DNA from: Vitrella brassicaformis CCMP3155
Taxonomy: Eukaryota; Protista; Chromerida
Direction of reading: 5' to 3'
Length of the DNA stretch: 64,000 nt
Assembly (NCBI GenBank): GCA_001179505.1
Contig: CDMY01000385.1
Coordinates: forward strand, 124,001-188,000
Position numbers and translations under genes: made by a program. Positions 1 through 10,441 of the stretch are shown piece after piece. Position 1 is the first letter of the stretch. Each line of letters opens with the position of its first letter. Under the pieces are notes generated by a model, which saw nothing but the letters and a program-made list of their open reading frames with translations, ran no database searches and had not been told where the DNA came from.

Positions 1-3000
1 AGATCGACGACTACTGGGAGGCGTCGCAGGCCAAGCTGCTCAAGGACCCGAAGAAGCTGCTAGACGACCTCATGAACTTCGACAAGGCACGTCCACCACA
101 ATACCTCCCATGCCCTTGGTGTCCATATGTCTCCATCTGTATCTGTATGTGCTGCCTTGTTGATAGGATAACATTCCCGACTCGGTGATCACCAAGATCA
201 AGCCATACATCGACCGTGAAGACTTTGACCCCGCGGCCATCAAGAAGGCCTCTGTGGCGTGCGAGGCCATCTGCATGTGGGTGCGGGCCATGGACAAGTA
301 CTACCACGTCTCCAAGGTGGTCGAGCCAAAGCGCGTGCTGCTCCGCAAGGCAGAGGCCGAGCTGCAGGTCACCATGGGCCAGCTCAACGAGGCCAAGCGC
401 CGCCTGCAAGAGGTAGTCGACAAGATCGAGCGGCTGGAGGCCGAGTACAACTCGGCTGTCGAGAAGCAGGACCAGCTGGCACGCGACATCGAGGACTGCC
501 AAGTGAAGCTGGACCGCGCTCAGAAGCTGATTGGCGGTCTGGGCGGCGAGAAGGCCCGGTGGACAGAGCAGGTGCAGATGCTGGGTGCCCAGTACGAGCT
601 CATCCCCGGCAACGCCCTGGTGGCGTCGGGAATGGTGTCCTACGCGGGGCCCTTCACATCCCTCTACCGCGGGGAGCTTGAGAAGGGCTGGCTGAACGCC
701 CTCAGGGACGCACAGATACCACACACAGAAGGGACCTCAATGAGCAGCTTCCTCGGTGAGCACTGAGTGGACGCAAGGGCCGTGTGTCCGGATGGATGTG
801 TATGTGTGTGTGTGCATCGATGTGCTTCATGCAGGTGAGCCGGTGAAGATCCGTGTGTGGAACGCTGCCGGTCTGCCGAATGACGGCCTGTCGATCGAGA
901 ACGGCATCATCATCGACAAAGCGCGACGCTGGCCGCTCATGATCGATCCACAGGCAGAACGGACAACCAACTGTCGTGCTGCAATCCATCCACCCATCAA
1001 CGTGTCCTTTGCATTTGTTGTGTCTCATGGCAGGGTCAAGCCAACCGATTCCTCAAGAACATGGGCAAGCAGACGCCGGAGGGCATCGACGTGTGCAAGC
1101 TGTCGCAGACTTCGTTCCTGCGTACTCTGGAGCTGGCGATTCAGTTCGGCAAGTGGCTGCTGCTGGAGAACATCGGCGAGGAGCTGGATCCCGCTTTGGA
1201 GCCGGTACTGCTGCAGCAGAAGGTCAAGGACGGCACCAGCTACGTCATCAGACTGGGAGACAAGACCGTCACCTGGACGGATACATTCAGGTCAGCTGAG
1301 CCAAGCCATCAGTCTTGACTGACTGACTGACTGAGACACACTCAATCCAATCTACTGCCTTCCTCTCCTCGCTGTTGTCAGGTTTTATATGACGACCACA
1401 CTGCCCAACCCTCACTACCCACCCGAGACATCCGTCAAGGTCACTCTCCTCAACTTCGCCATCACACGCGAAGGTACGAAAAGGCACTTATCCAATGTGC
1501 GTTGCGTTGCCTATCCCTCGTGTGTGTGTATGCAGGTCTTGAGGAGCAGATGTTGGGTCTGGTGGTGGCCAAGGAGGCGCCCGACCTGGAGGAGAAGAAG
1601 AGCGCCCTCGTGCAGTCCAACGCCAAGATGCGCAAGGACCTCAAGGACCTCGAAGACGAAATCCTGAGGCTCTTGTCGACGTCAGAGGGCAACATCTTGG
1701 AGGACGAGACACTCATCAACACACTCGCCGCATCCAAGAAGACATCGGAGGAGATCAACGAGAAAGTCAAGGAGGCGGAAATCACAGAGAAGGAAATCGA
1801 TGCAGCACGGTCGGTGCGCACAACACGCATATCTAATCGATTGGGCATCCTCTCTGTGTTGTTTGTGTGTCGCTTTGTCAGAGAGTCCTACCGGCCGGTG
1901 GCGTATCAGGCGAGTGTGCTGTTCTTCTGTATCGTGGACCTGGCCAACATCGACCCCATGTACCAGTACTCTCTGCAGTGGTTCCAGTCGCTCTTTGGCA
2001 TGGGCATCGACCAGGCCCCCGCCTCAGCCGTACTGGAGGAGCGACTGCAGAACCTGCAGGACTACTTTGCCTACCTGTTGTACGAGAACATCTGCCGCTC
2101 GCTATTCGAGAAGCACAAGACGCTCTTCTCGTTCTCGATGTGCATCAAGCTCATGACGGGCTACAACAGGCTCGACCTCACCGAGGTGCGCTTCCTCCTC
2201 ACCGGCCCGACGGGCGAGGCCCAGGGGCCCGCAAATCCCACCTCATGGCTCACAGAGAAGGAGTGGAACGAAGTCGTCAGCCTGTCACAGCTGCCCGCAT
2301 TCAAAGTCAGTCAGAGACAGAGAAAGAAGACAGACCACCATGGGACACATGACATGCCGCTGTATTGCTATGCTTTGCGTGTGCGTGTGCGTGTTCAGGG
2401 TCTGGATGTGTATTTCGTGCAGCACGTGGACGAGTTCAAGCGCATCTTCGACGCTGTCGAGGCCCACATGGAGTCGCTGCCCGGCAGCTGGGACACGCGC
2501 CTCAACGGCATGCAGAAGCTGTGCTTCCTCCGCACCATCCGCTCAGACAAAGTGGTCGACGCCGTCGTCGAGTTCGTCGCCTCGGAGCTGGGCCGGCGGT
2601 TCGTGGAGCCGCCCACCTTCGACCTGGCCAAGTCGTACAAGGACTCGACCAACCTGACGCCCCTCATATTCATCCTCTCGGCGGGCTCTGACCCCGTTGC
2701 TGACATCTTGGCCTTCGCCAACGAGATGAACATGGCCAAGAAGATGGAGTCGATATCGCTGGGGCAGGGCCAGGGGCCCAAGGCGCAGCGGATGATCGAG
2801 GACGGGTGCAGCAGGGGCGGATGGGTGCTGCTGCAGAACTGCCACCTGGCCGCCTCATGGATGCCCGAGATGGAGAGGATTTGCGAGCAGCTGGACCCCA
2901 ACCAGACGCACAGGGACTTCAGGCTCTGGCTGACCTCCATGCCCGCAAAGACCTTCCCCGTTGCTGTGCTACAGAACGGCGTCAAGATGACCAACGAGCC

Positions 3001-5389
3001 GCCAAAGGGACTCCGTGCCAACCTACTGAGGTCGTACGCTGCGATCGACGATCGCGTGTTGGAGGACTGCAAGAAGCCCGACGCACTCAAGAAGCTTCTC
3101 TTCGGCTTCTCATTCTTCCACGCCATCGTGCAGGTAAGACATGCGGATAAAGGGACCGCTGGGCTGGGTGGCTAGGTGCAGTGCATCACCTGTCGTGCCT
3201 GTCTCGGTGTGTGTCTGTCTGTCCTGTGCAGGATCGTCGGAAGTTCGGTCCGATTGGTTGGAACATCCAGTACGAGTTCACAACGGAGGACCTGATGGTG
3301 TGCAGACGGCAGCTCAAGATATTCCTCGACGGATATGAGGAAATACCCTACAAGGCAAGCGAACTGACTGAACCGATGGATGATGCATCCACATCCACAG
3401 GAGACAGACGGCTGGCTGGCATCGTGCCTGCGTTGCGTTGCGTGCGTCTGTGGGGTTGGGTTGGGTTTTGTGCGTGTAGGTGTTGAACTACATCGGTGCG
3501 CAGATCAACTACGGCGGGCGCGTGACGGACGACAAGGACAAGCGGCTGATCCAGTTCATTCTCAAGACATACTGCTGCAGAGACCTCATCGAGCAGGCAT
3601 GTCAACCGTATACGACAAACACACACACCGGTCTCTCTCACCCCACCCTCACTGTGGTCACTTCAGGCGGATGAGTACAAGTTTTCCTCCTCGGGCATGT
3701 ACTTCTGCCCGACGTCGGAGGACCACCAGGGCTTCGTCGACTACATCAAGACGCTCCCACTAATACCCGCACCGGAGGTGTTCGGCCTGCACGACAATGC
3801 AAACATCACTTTCGCGCAAAACGAGACACTTGTAAGTTAGTGCCAAAGGGATAGATAGACCAGCCAGGACACGACACGCACACGAGTTTGTGTGGCTGGT
3901 CACTGACTGACACAGGCCCTGCTGAATGGCATTTTGTCGATGGCGCCGCGGTCGGGAGGCGGCGGGGCCAGCAAAAAAGAGCAGGCAAGCGTCCCGTCCG
4001 CACATATGCACGTCACGTGCATCAGTCAGTAGCAAATGTGTGTGTGTATATGTTGGCGCTTGGTGTGTGTATTGTATTGTATTGTATGTGTCCACCAGGT
4101 GATGGAGGAGACGGCGCAGGTGATACTGGACAAGACCCCGCCGGTGTTCGACCTTGACAAGGTGCTCGAGAAGTACCCCACCAAATACGAAGAGTCACTC
4201 AACACCGTGCTCACACAAGAAGTCATCAGGTAGGTCAGCCGCCCACTCTCGACACGACACACCACACCTCGCAGACAGAATACACATACATTTGCGGGCG
4301 GGGCGGCCGTCACCAGGTACAACCGTTTGTTGGCGGTGATGCGTTCGTCTCTGCCTGAGTTCAAGAAGGCGCTCAAGGGGCTGGTGGTCATGTCAGAAGA
4401 GCTGGAGCAGCTCGGCAACTCCATGTTCGACAACCAGGTACGCTTTGGTACGACACAACAGCACAGCACCCGACCCGCACTGCCCACAAACATCCACCAC
4501 ATGGTATAGTTGACTGACGCACAAGTGCCTGCCCTGCCACGTACGTACAGGTGCCGAAGATGTGGGAGAAGAAGGGGTTTCTCTCTCTGAAGCCGCTGGC
4601 CTCGTGGATCAAGGACCTCAACGACAGGGTGGCATTCCTCAACAAGTGGATCACCGAAGGCACGCCTGCCGTCTTCTGGATTTCAGGGCTCTTCTTCCCA
4701 CAAGTCAGTCAGTCAGTCAGTCACACCGGTGGAGGAGAGCCGAGACACCAGACAGATGTGTCTCTGTCTGGTTGTGTTGTGTACGTGCAGGCCTTTCTGA
4801 CGGGGACTTTGCAGAACTACGCGCGTCGGCACGTGATAGCGATCGACCGTCTGTCGTTCAACTTCCAGGTGATGGACCAGCTCAAGGCCGAGCAGGTGAC
4901 CGACAAGCCAAAGGACGGGTGCTACATATCGGGCATCTACCTCGAGGGAGCCAGGTGGTGCAAGGAGACACACGCACTGGTACGCTCGCACGCACATATA
5001 TAGAGAGGGAGGGAGAGAGACCGTGTGTGTGTGTGTGTGTGTGTATGACTTTAGAGTGAGAGCAAGCCGAAGGTGCTGTTTGAGGAGCTGCCGATGGTGT
5101 GGCTCATCCCGGTGGCCGACCGGGACCCTCCTAAAGACGGCGTCTACAACTGCCCCATTTACAAAGTCGTCTCAAGGGCAGGCACACTCTCCACCACAGG
5201 TCTGTCCGTCCGTCTCTATCATGATACACACAACCGAAGCCCTCCATCTCCTGTCCTGTCCTGTATGTGTTTGTGTGTTCACTAGGTCACTCCACTAATT
5301 TTGTTCAGTACATCGATTTGCCGTCAGCTGACGACCAGGACAAGTGGATCAAGGCTGGCGTGGCGGGATTCCTCGCACTCAGATACTAG
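1..5389 (+). CDS. Axonemal dynein heavy chain, C-terminal portion (stalk, AAA5/AAA6, C-terminal domain); 5' part lies outside the window; about 18 exons
   Basis: Spliced exons give classic dynein motifs: '[20 protein letters not shown]', '[19 protein letters not shown]...[18 protein letters not shown]', '[24 protein letters not shown]', '[11 protein letters not shown]...[12 protein letters not shown]', '[16 protein letters not shown]'-like '[17 protein letters not shown]', '[11 protein letters not shown]', 'YNCPIYK...[15 protein letters not shown]'. Stop TAG at 5387-5389. Confidence 0.97.
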
Positions 5390-6274
5390 CTGACTGAACG
5401 GTCAACCACTGCCGCAGGCATGGAGGTGACGTGTGCATGTGAGTGATACATGTGCCCTTTATCTATCGGGCGGGGCGGGGCGGGGCTGGGGGGGCTGGGC
5501 TCAGTGTGCTGTCAATTCACTGACCGAACGGCGTGCAGTGCAGGAGTGCCTGCCTGCCTGCCTGCCTCCCTGACGGACAGCCATTGCTCGGGGTTTGCTG
5601 TTGCTTCTCTGCTCTCTGTGTGTGTACATAGGCAGCCCAGCCCTCTGTCTGTTGTCCAGCTGCACTGTACATAGACAGACAGACAGCCATTATACGATTA
5701 GGACGACTTCTCCTTCCTTCTCATGGCATGGCGCCTTCACGTGGGGGTGCGGTGCATGCGATTCCATGCCATGCCATGCCATGCATGTGTCTCCCTGTCT
5801 CCAGTTTGTGGTCGGTGGTCGGTGCGGTTGTTTATCTGGGGCTTTCAACAAGTCACTGAGTGGGGCATGGCAGGTGGTGTTCGTGGGCTTGTCGACGCCT
5901 TCATGGACGGACGCACTTCATGTGTAACACTCGGTGGTCTCTAAATGCAGTGATTAATCGGACTCGACTGGCATAATAAGACCAACACGCTCGAACCCCA
6001 GGCACCCACCATGCAATACGTGAGGGCGTGCAGACACACAGCTGGAGACACACACCGAGTTGCAAGCGGGAAGCCAGGAGTGACTGAGTCATCACGTCTC
6101 GTCGCATATCGAGACACACACACACACACACACAGGGGCTAGCAGAAGAAGGCGGGAAGGAAGCAAACCAATCGGAACAGGTATGCACACGAGATACAGG
6201 CGACCTGCGCCACCCACTACACTTGACAAAAGGGGCCTTGGAAAGGTCACTGACTGCACCAACTGACTACCACG

Positions 6275-8309
6275 TCACGCCTGCTTCGCAGCCATTCTGC
6301 ACTGCAGCAACATGCCCGCCCCCACACACAGGCCGGCACCAGCAATGGCGAGGAGCGTCTTGGCTGCCATGGGCAGGTCCATCTTGACTCCCGGCCAGAT
6401 GCCGTCGATGGTGGCGAAGTAGTCGCCATACTTCTCACCCCGCCGGATGCGGCGGAAGACCAGTCGGTCCTTGGTGGCGGGGTCGACCTTGTACAGGTAC
6501 TCTGCCGACCGCAACTTGCCGTTGTACTGGAACCCCATCGAATGCCCATGCGCACCTGCACAAACACACCAACACCAACACCAACACATGCATCCGTGTG
6601 ATTGATTGCTATGGGAGACGGTGTGGTTGGGGTGCGTTGGTTACCGGCGTCGTGTATGACGGCGATGTCGCCGATTGACGGGACGGATGGCAGGGGGCGG
6701 TCGATGGCGAACTTGTCGTTGTTCTCGCACAGCCCACCCACTATGTCATACACCGCCATCGACTTGCCCACAGCGTCCGCAGGAGTGTCATCCTGACCAA
6801 AGAAACAGAGAGACGCACACCAATACCCATAGCATGAGTGATAGACAGGTCTTCGAAGATTCGATACTCACAAACAATGGCGTAGGTAGGTAATCCTCTG
6901 TCACCTACCTTGTTTGCGAACAGGTTTCTCTTCTTGGGGGTGTCCTTGGGCAGTGCCTCTGGCGGGGTGGGCACGAAGGTCACGTGATGGTAGGCCGTGT
7001 ACATGCCGGGGCGCATCAGGTGAGCCATGTTGGCGTCCAAACCTGATGGATGGATGGACAGACGTGTCTGTCTGCACATTGGTAGGTGGGTGGGTGTCGT
7101 GTCACGTAACATACACCCCTCCCTCCCTTCCTCCCTCCCTTAAGTGACGCACTCACTCCCTCACCAACCGATGTAGTTTTTGTAGGTGTTTTTGTGGTGC
7201 ACGACTCGTGCGATGAGGAAACCGTTTGGTCCCGTGATGAAGCGGCCGTTTTCCATGACCACACGTACCGCCCCGAACCCGTTGGCTTTGAGGACCTTGT
7301 CGTACTCAGCCGCCACGCCAGCCGCCGTGCTCTCCACATCCATCTCGGCCTGATCTGTGGGACAGACAATACAGCACAGCCCGCACAAGCACAAGGAAGG
7401 TGCACACCAGTGAGTGCCCTTGCCTGTGCCTGTGTCATTCATTCATTCTGTGTTGGTCGAGGCGAGGCGAGCGTACCAGGTTTGTAGTTGACGCCCAGCC
7501 CGCCGCCCAGGTTGACCATCGATATCTCCACCCCACAGGCCTTGTTGATCTCCACCACCAGCTCAAACAACATCCGCGCCGTCGCCACAATCTCACTCGG
7601 CTCCGTGCAGTTGGACACAACCATCGCGTGCAACCCAAACCTGATACACACAAGACAGACAGACAGACAGACACACACATGTGATGTGTTGTACGTGGGC
7701 TGCCTGCCTGCCACTGCAGTTGCTGACTGACCTCTTGACCCCCCTCTGCTTGGCCTTGGTATATGCCTGGAAGAGCTGGTCGCGTGTGAGTCCGAACTTG
7801 GCCTCCTTGGGGTCGCCGATGATGACATTGCCGGCCCGGCGCGGCCCGGGGTTGTACCGAAACGAGAGGAACTCTGGCAGCCCGATGGAGTCGTGGAGGT
7901 AGTCGATGTGGCTGATGTCGTCGAGGTTGATGATGGCGCCCAGCTGCTTGGCCTTCTGGTACTCGTTGATGGGCGTGTTGTTGCTGGTGAACATGATCAT
8001 GTCGCCACGCAGCCCCACGCTCTCCGCCAACATCAGCTCGGCGAGGCTGCTGCAGTCAGCGCCCAGGCCCTCGTCCTTGAGCAGCTTGAGCAGGTGCGGG
8101 TTCGGCGTGGCCTTGACGGCGAAGTAGTTGGTGAAGCTGGGCGACCAGCTGAAGGCCTGCTTGAGCCGCCGGCAGGTGGAGCGGATGCCGTCCTCAGAGT
8201 ACATGTGGAACGGAGTGGGGAACCGCTGCACGGCGTCGATGAGCTGCTTGTCTGTGAAGGGGAGGGACTTCCCGGGGGTGCCAGAGGGGGCCTTCTGCTC
8301 ACCACCCAT
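6275..8309 (-). CDS. lysA: Diaminopimelate decarboxylase (PLP-dependent, lysine biosynthesis), 6-7 exons, with C-terminal hydrophobic tail
   Basis: 'PTPFHMYSE', PLP-lysine motif 'YFAVKATPNP', 'GADCSS', 'RYNPG...EAKFGL', 'NLGGGLG', 'MENGRFIT', 'DANMAHLMRPGMYTAYHH', 'IVGGLCENNDKF', 'HDAGAHGHSMGFQYNG'. Confidence 0.93.
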
Positions 8310-8318
8310 GGCTCACAC

Positions 8319-8410
8319 GGTCGACACTCCTCGGTAGACAGATAGATGTGGCTTCTGAATGAAGCCCTCGACACTCGTGGGTAGACACAGATAGATGCGG
8401 TGCTTATGAC
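8319..8410. repeat. Imperfect direct tandem duplication (~48 nt) just upstream of the lysA start
   Basis: 'tcgacactcctcggtagacagatagatgtgg' is followed by 'tcgacactcgtgggtagacacagatagatgcgg'. Confidence 0.7.
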
Positions 8411-8811
8411 CCAGTTGCCAAAGATGGCCAATGAGAACGCTGAGGTGGTCCTTCCTTGTGTCCTCTTCCTTCTTCTCTCTCCTCCCCTTCTTCTCAGCTG
8501 TGGCCAAGCTCGCCCTGCTAGGGTGCTCCCTGAAACCGCTGCTGCAAAGGGTGGCGAAGAAGAGAGAGGCCTCTCCCACTCGCTATTCGTCACACGGGGA
8601 TGCGCTCCTTCACCATGGCGTAAGCAAGCACAGCGCAGGGAGCGGGGGGGAAGGCAGATCGGATCTGATGATGTGCCGAGGGAGCGAGGACTGCACCATG
8701 GCAGGCAGGCAGCATAGAGGGGGAGAGTGGGGCACTGCACGCAGTCTTTGCACACCTCTGCGGCAGGCGGAGGTCACAAATTTCCCTCTCTCTTGCTTGT
8801 GTTGTGATGCG

Positions 8812-9377
8812 ATGCGATGCTTTGTGTCTTTCCGTTCGTTCAGGCACAGCCTCGTGTGCCGTAAGTTTGCTGCGTCGCCGTCCGTTTTTGCCACTGCCAC
8901 CAAAGCGATGGCCGCCACACCTGGTCAGTCAGCACACCACCCACTCACTCGACACACACATCTCCCTCCCTCGGTGTGTCAGTCCTAGATGGGGTGTGGC
9001 CTCCCTCTGCCGTGCTCTGCTCTGTGTGTGTTTGTTCTATAGGTGTGTCGACGCAGGTTCGTGGGTTCGCGTTGACGCAGTTTGAGAAGAAGAAGCGTTT
9101 GTACCACAACGAGTGGGTGCCGGCGTATTGCCAGAACAGCGACGAGTACCCCGGGGGGCTGCACCCGATCTACGGGATGAAGCCCGGCACCTACGGGTAC
9201 TACCGCAACCCTCGGCGGCCCGCCATCGACCCCGACTTCTGGTTCATCCCCTTCTACTTCAACCTCTTCTTCACCGCATTTGAGGTCGTCAGCGCCTGCC
9301 AGGCCGAGGCCATGTGGGGCTGGCTGCCCACTGTGCCCTTCATCGGGGACGGCAACTGGCCATGGCCATTCGGATGA
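8812..9377 (+). CDS. Small (~149 aa) probable mitochondrial protein of unknown function, 2 exons (intron 8924-9042)
   Basis: The GT-AG intron joins an Arg/Ser/Ala-rich acid-free leader 'MRCFVSFRSFRHSLVCRKFAASPSVFATATKAMAATPG' to 'VSTQVRGFALTQFEKKKRLYHNEWVPAY...FWFIPFYFNLFFTAFEVV...WPWPFG*'. It has an R-2-like 'VRGF' site and one aromatic hydrophobic segment. Confidence 0.7.
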
Positions 9378-10441
9378 GTCCACACACACACACGGACAGA
9401 CGTGTTGGGTGGAGAGGAGGGAGGGGCAGTGGGCTAGTGGTGGGGAGGGAGGAGAGTGAGTGTGTGTGGCTGTCTTTCTTTCTGTTTGGCTGTTCGTTTG
9501 TCCGTCCATGTGTGGTGGCGGGATGGATAGGCATGGCCGACTGACTGACTGTCTCGTGCTTTGAATCGAACGGTGCTCCACTTGTACAATGGATCAACGA
9601 GTGAGTGATAGGCAGGCAGATCAGAGGGAGGCAGGCAGCCGTGGCTGCGGCAACACGCCTCGGGGCTGGGCTGGCTGCAGTCGGGTCGGCGTAGTTGAGG
9701 GGGCAGGGCCTCTTGTCGCCCGCCGTTTTTTCACGGCTGCCTGTGTGATTGATGTCTGTGTGCGCGTCTGTGTACCCTACCGAGGGCATTATTCATGTCG
9801 TGAATGTAATGAGTGTCCACTCAAGCTCTGCGGCTGACTTGATGTGGGGTAATCTAGGCACACTCACCGACCCGACCGACGTCTGAAGACACTGCACAGC
9901 ACACGAGTCTGTCTGTGCATTGGATTCAGACTCGGCCGGTGCGGTGAGTGCGTCTGAGTGAACCTCGTCGAGCGACTCGCGAGCCGATTGGTGCAGTGCA
10001 GTGCCTGTGGGAACGGTGTGCATGTGTGTACCCGACTGACTGACGCATGTCATGTGCACCTCTCTCCTGCCTACAACAAACGCCGTGCCTTCTTCGGATG
10101 TCATCGGAAGAAGGCGCGCCGCATGGTGGGGCTGGCAGAGAGGGGTCATGACATGCATGGCGCAGGCAGGTAGATCTGTTATGGCACGAACGACACGCAT
10201 TTGCACTGACACTCTAACAACTGTTTGACAAAGATCGCACAAACGGTAGTGCGGCGTTTTGGGTTTTGCCGAAGTTCCCCCACTGCAGCTCCCGGATCAT
10301 CACTCCGCCGCGAAGTTCCTGACGCAAAGCCACCCACCCACCCGTCACGTCATCCCGCCTACTGCGTGGGTAGAGAGGGAGTGAGGCGCCGCTGCATCCA
10401 TCCACCATCGGGCCGTCCCGTCCATCCATCCATCCGTCCAT

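Noticed and set aside
11-3126. Long antisense ORFs (e.g. 11-724, 2395-3126; also 7893-8345, 52174-52923, 53478-54488)
   Set aside because: They are shadow frames of GC3-rich real exons on the other strand and have no recognisable motifs.
5700-5790. TGCATG/CATGC clusters as ApiAP2-type (TGCATGCA) regulatory sites
   Set aside because: They occur within (ATGCC)n/(GCAT)n simple repeats throughout introns and 3' regions, with no positional enrichment I can show.
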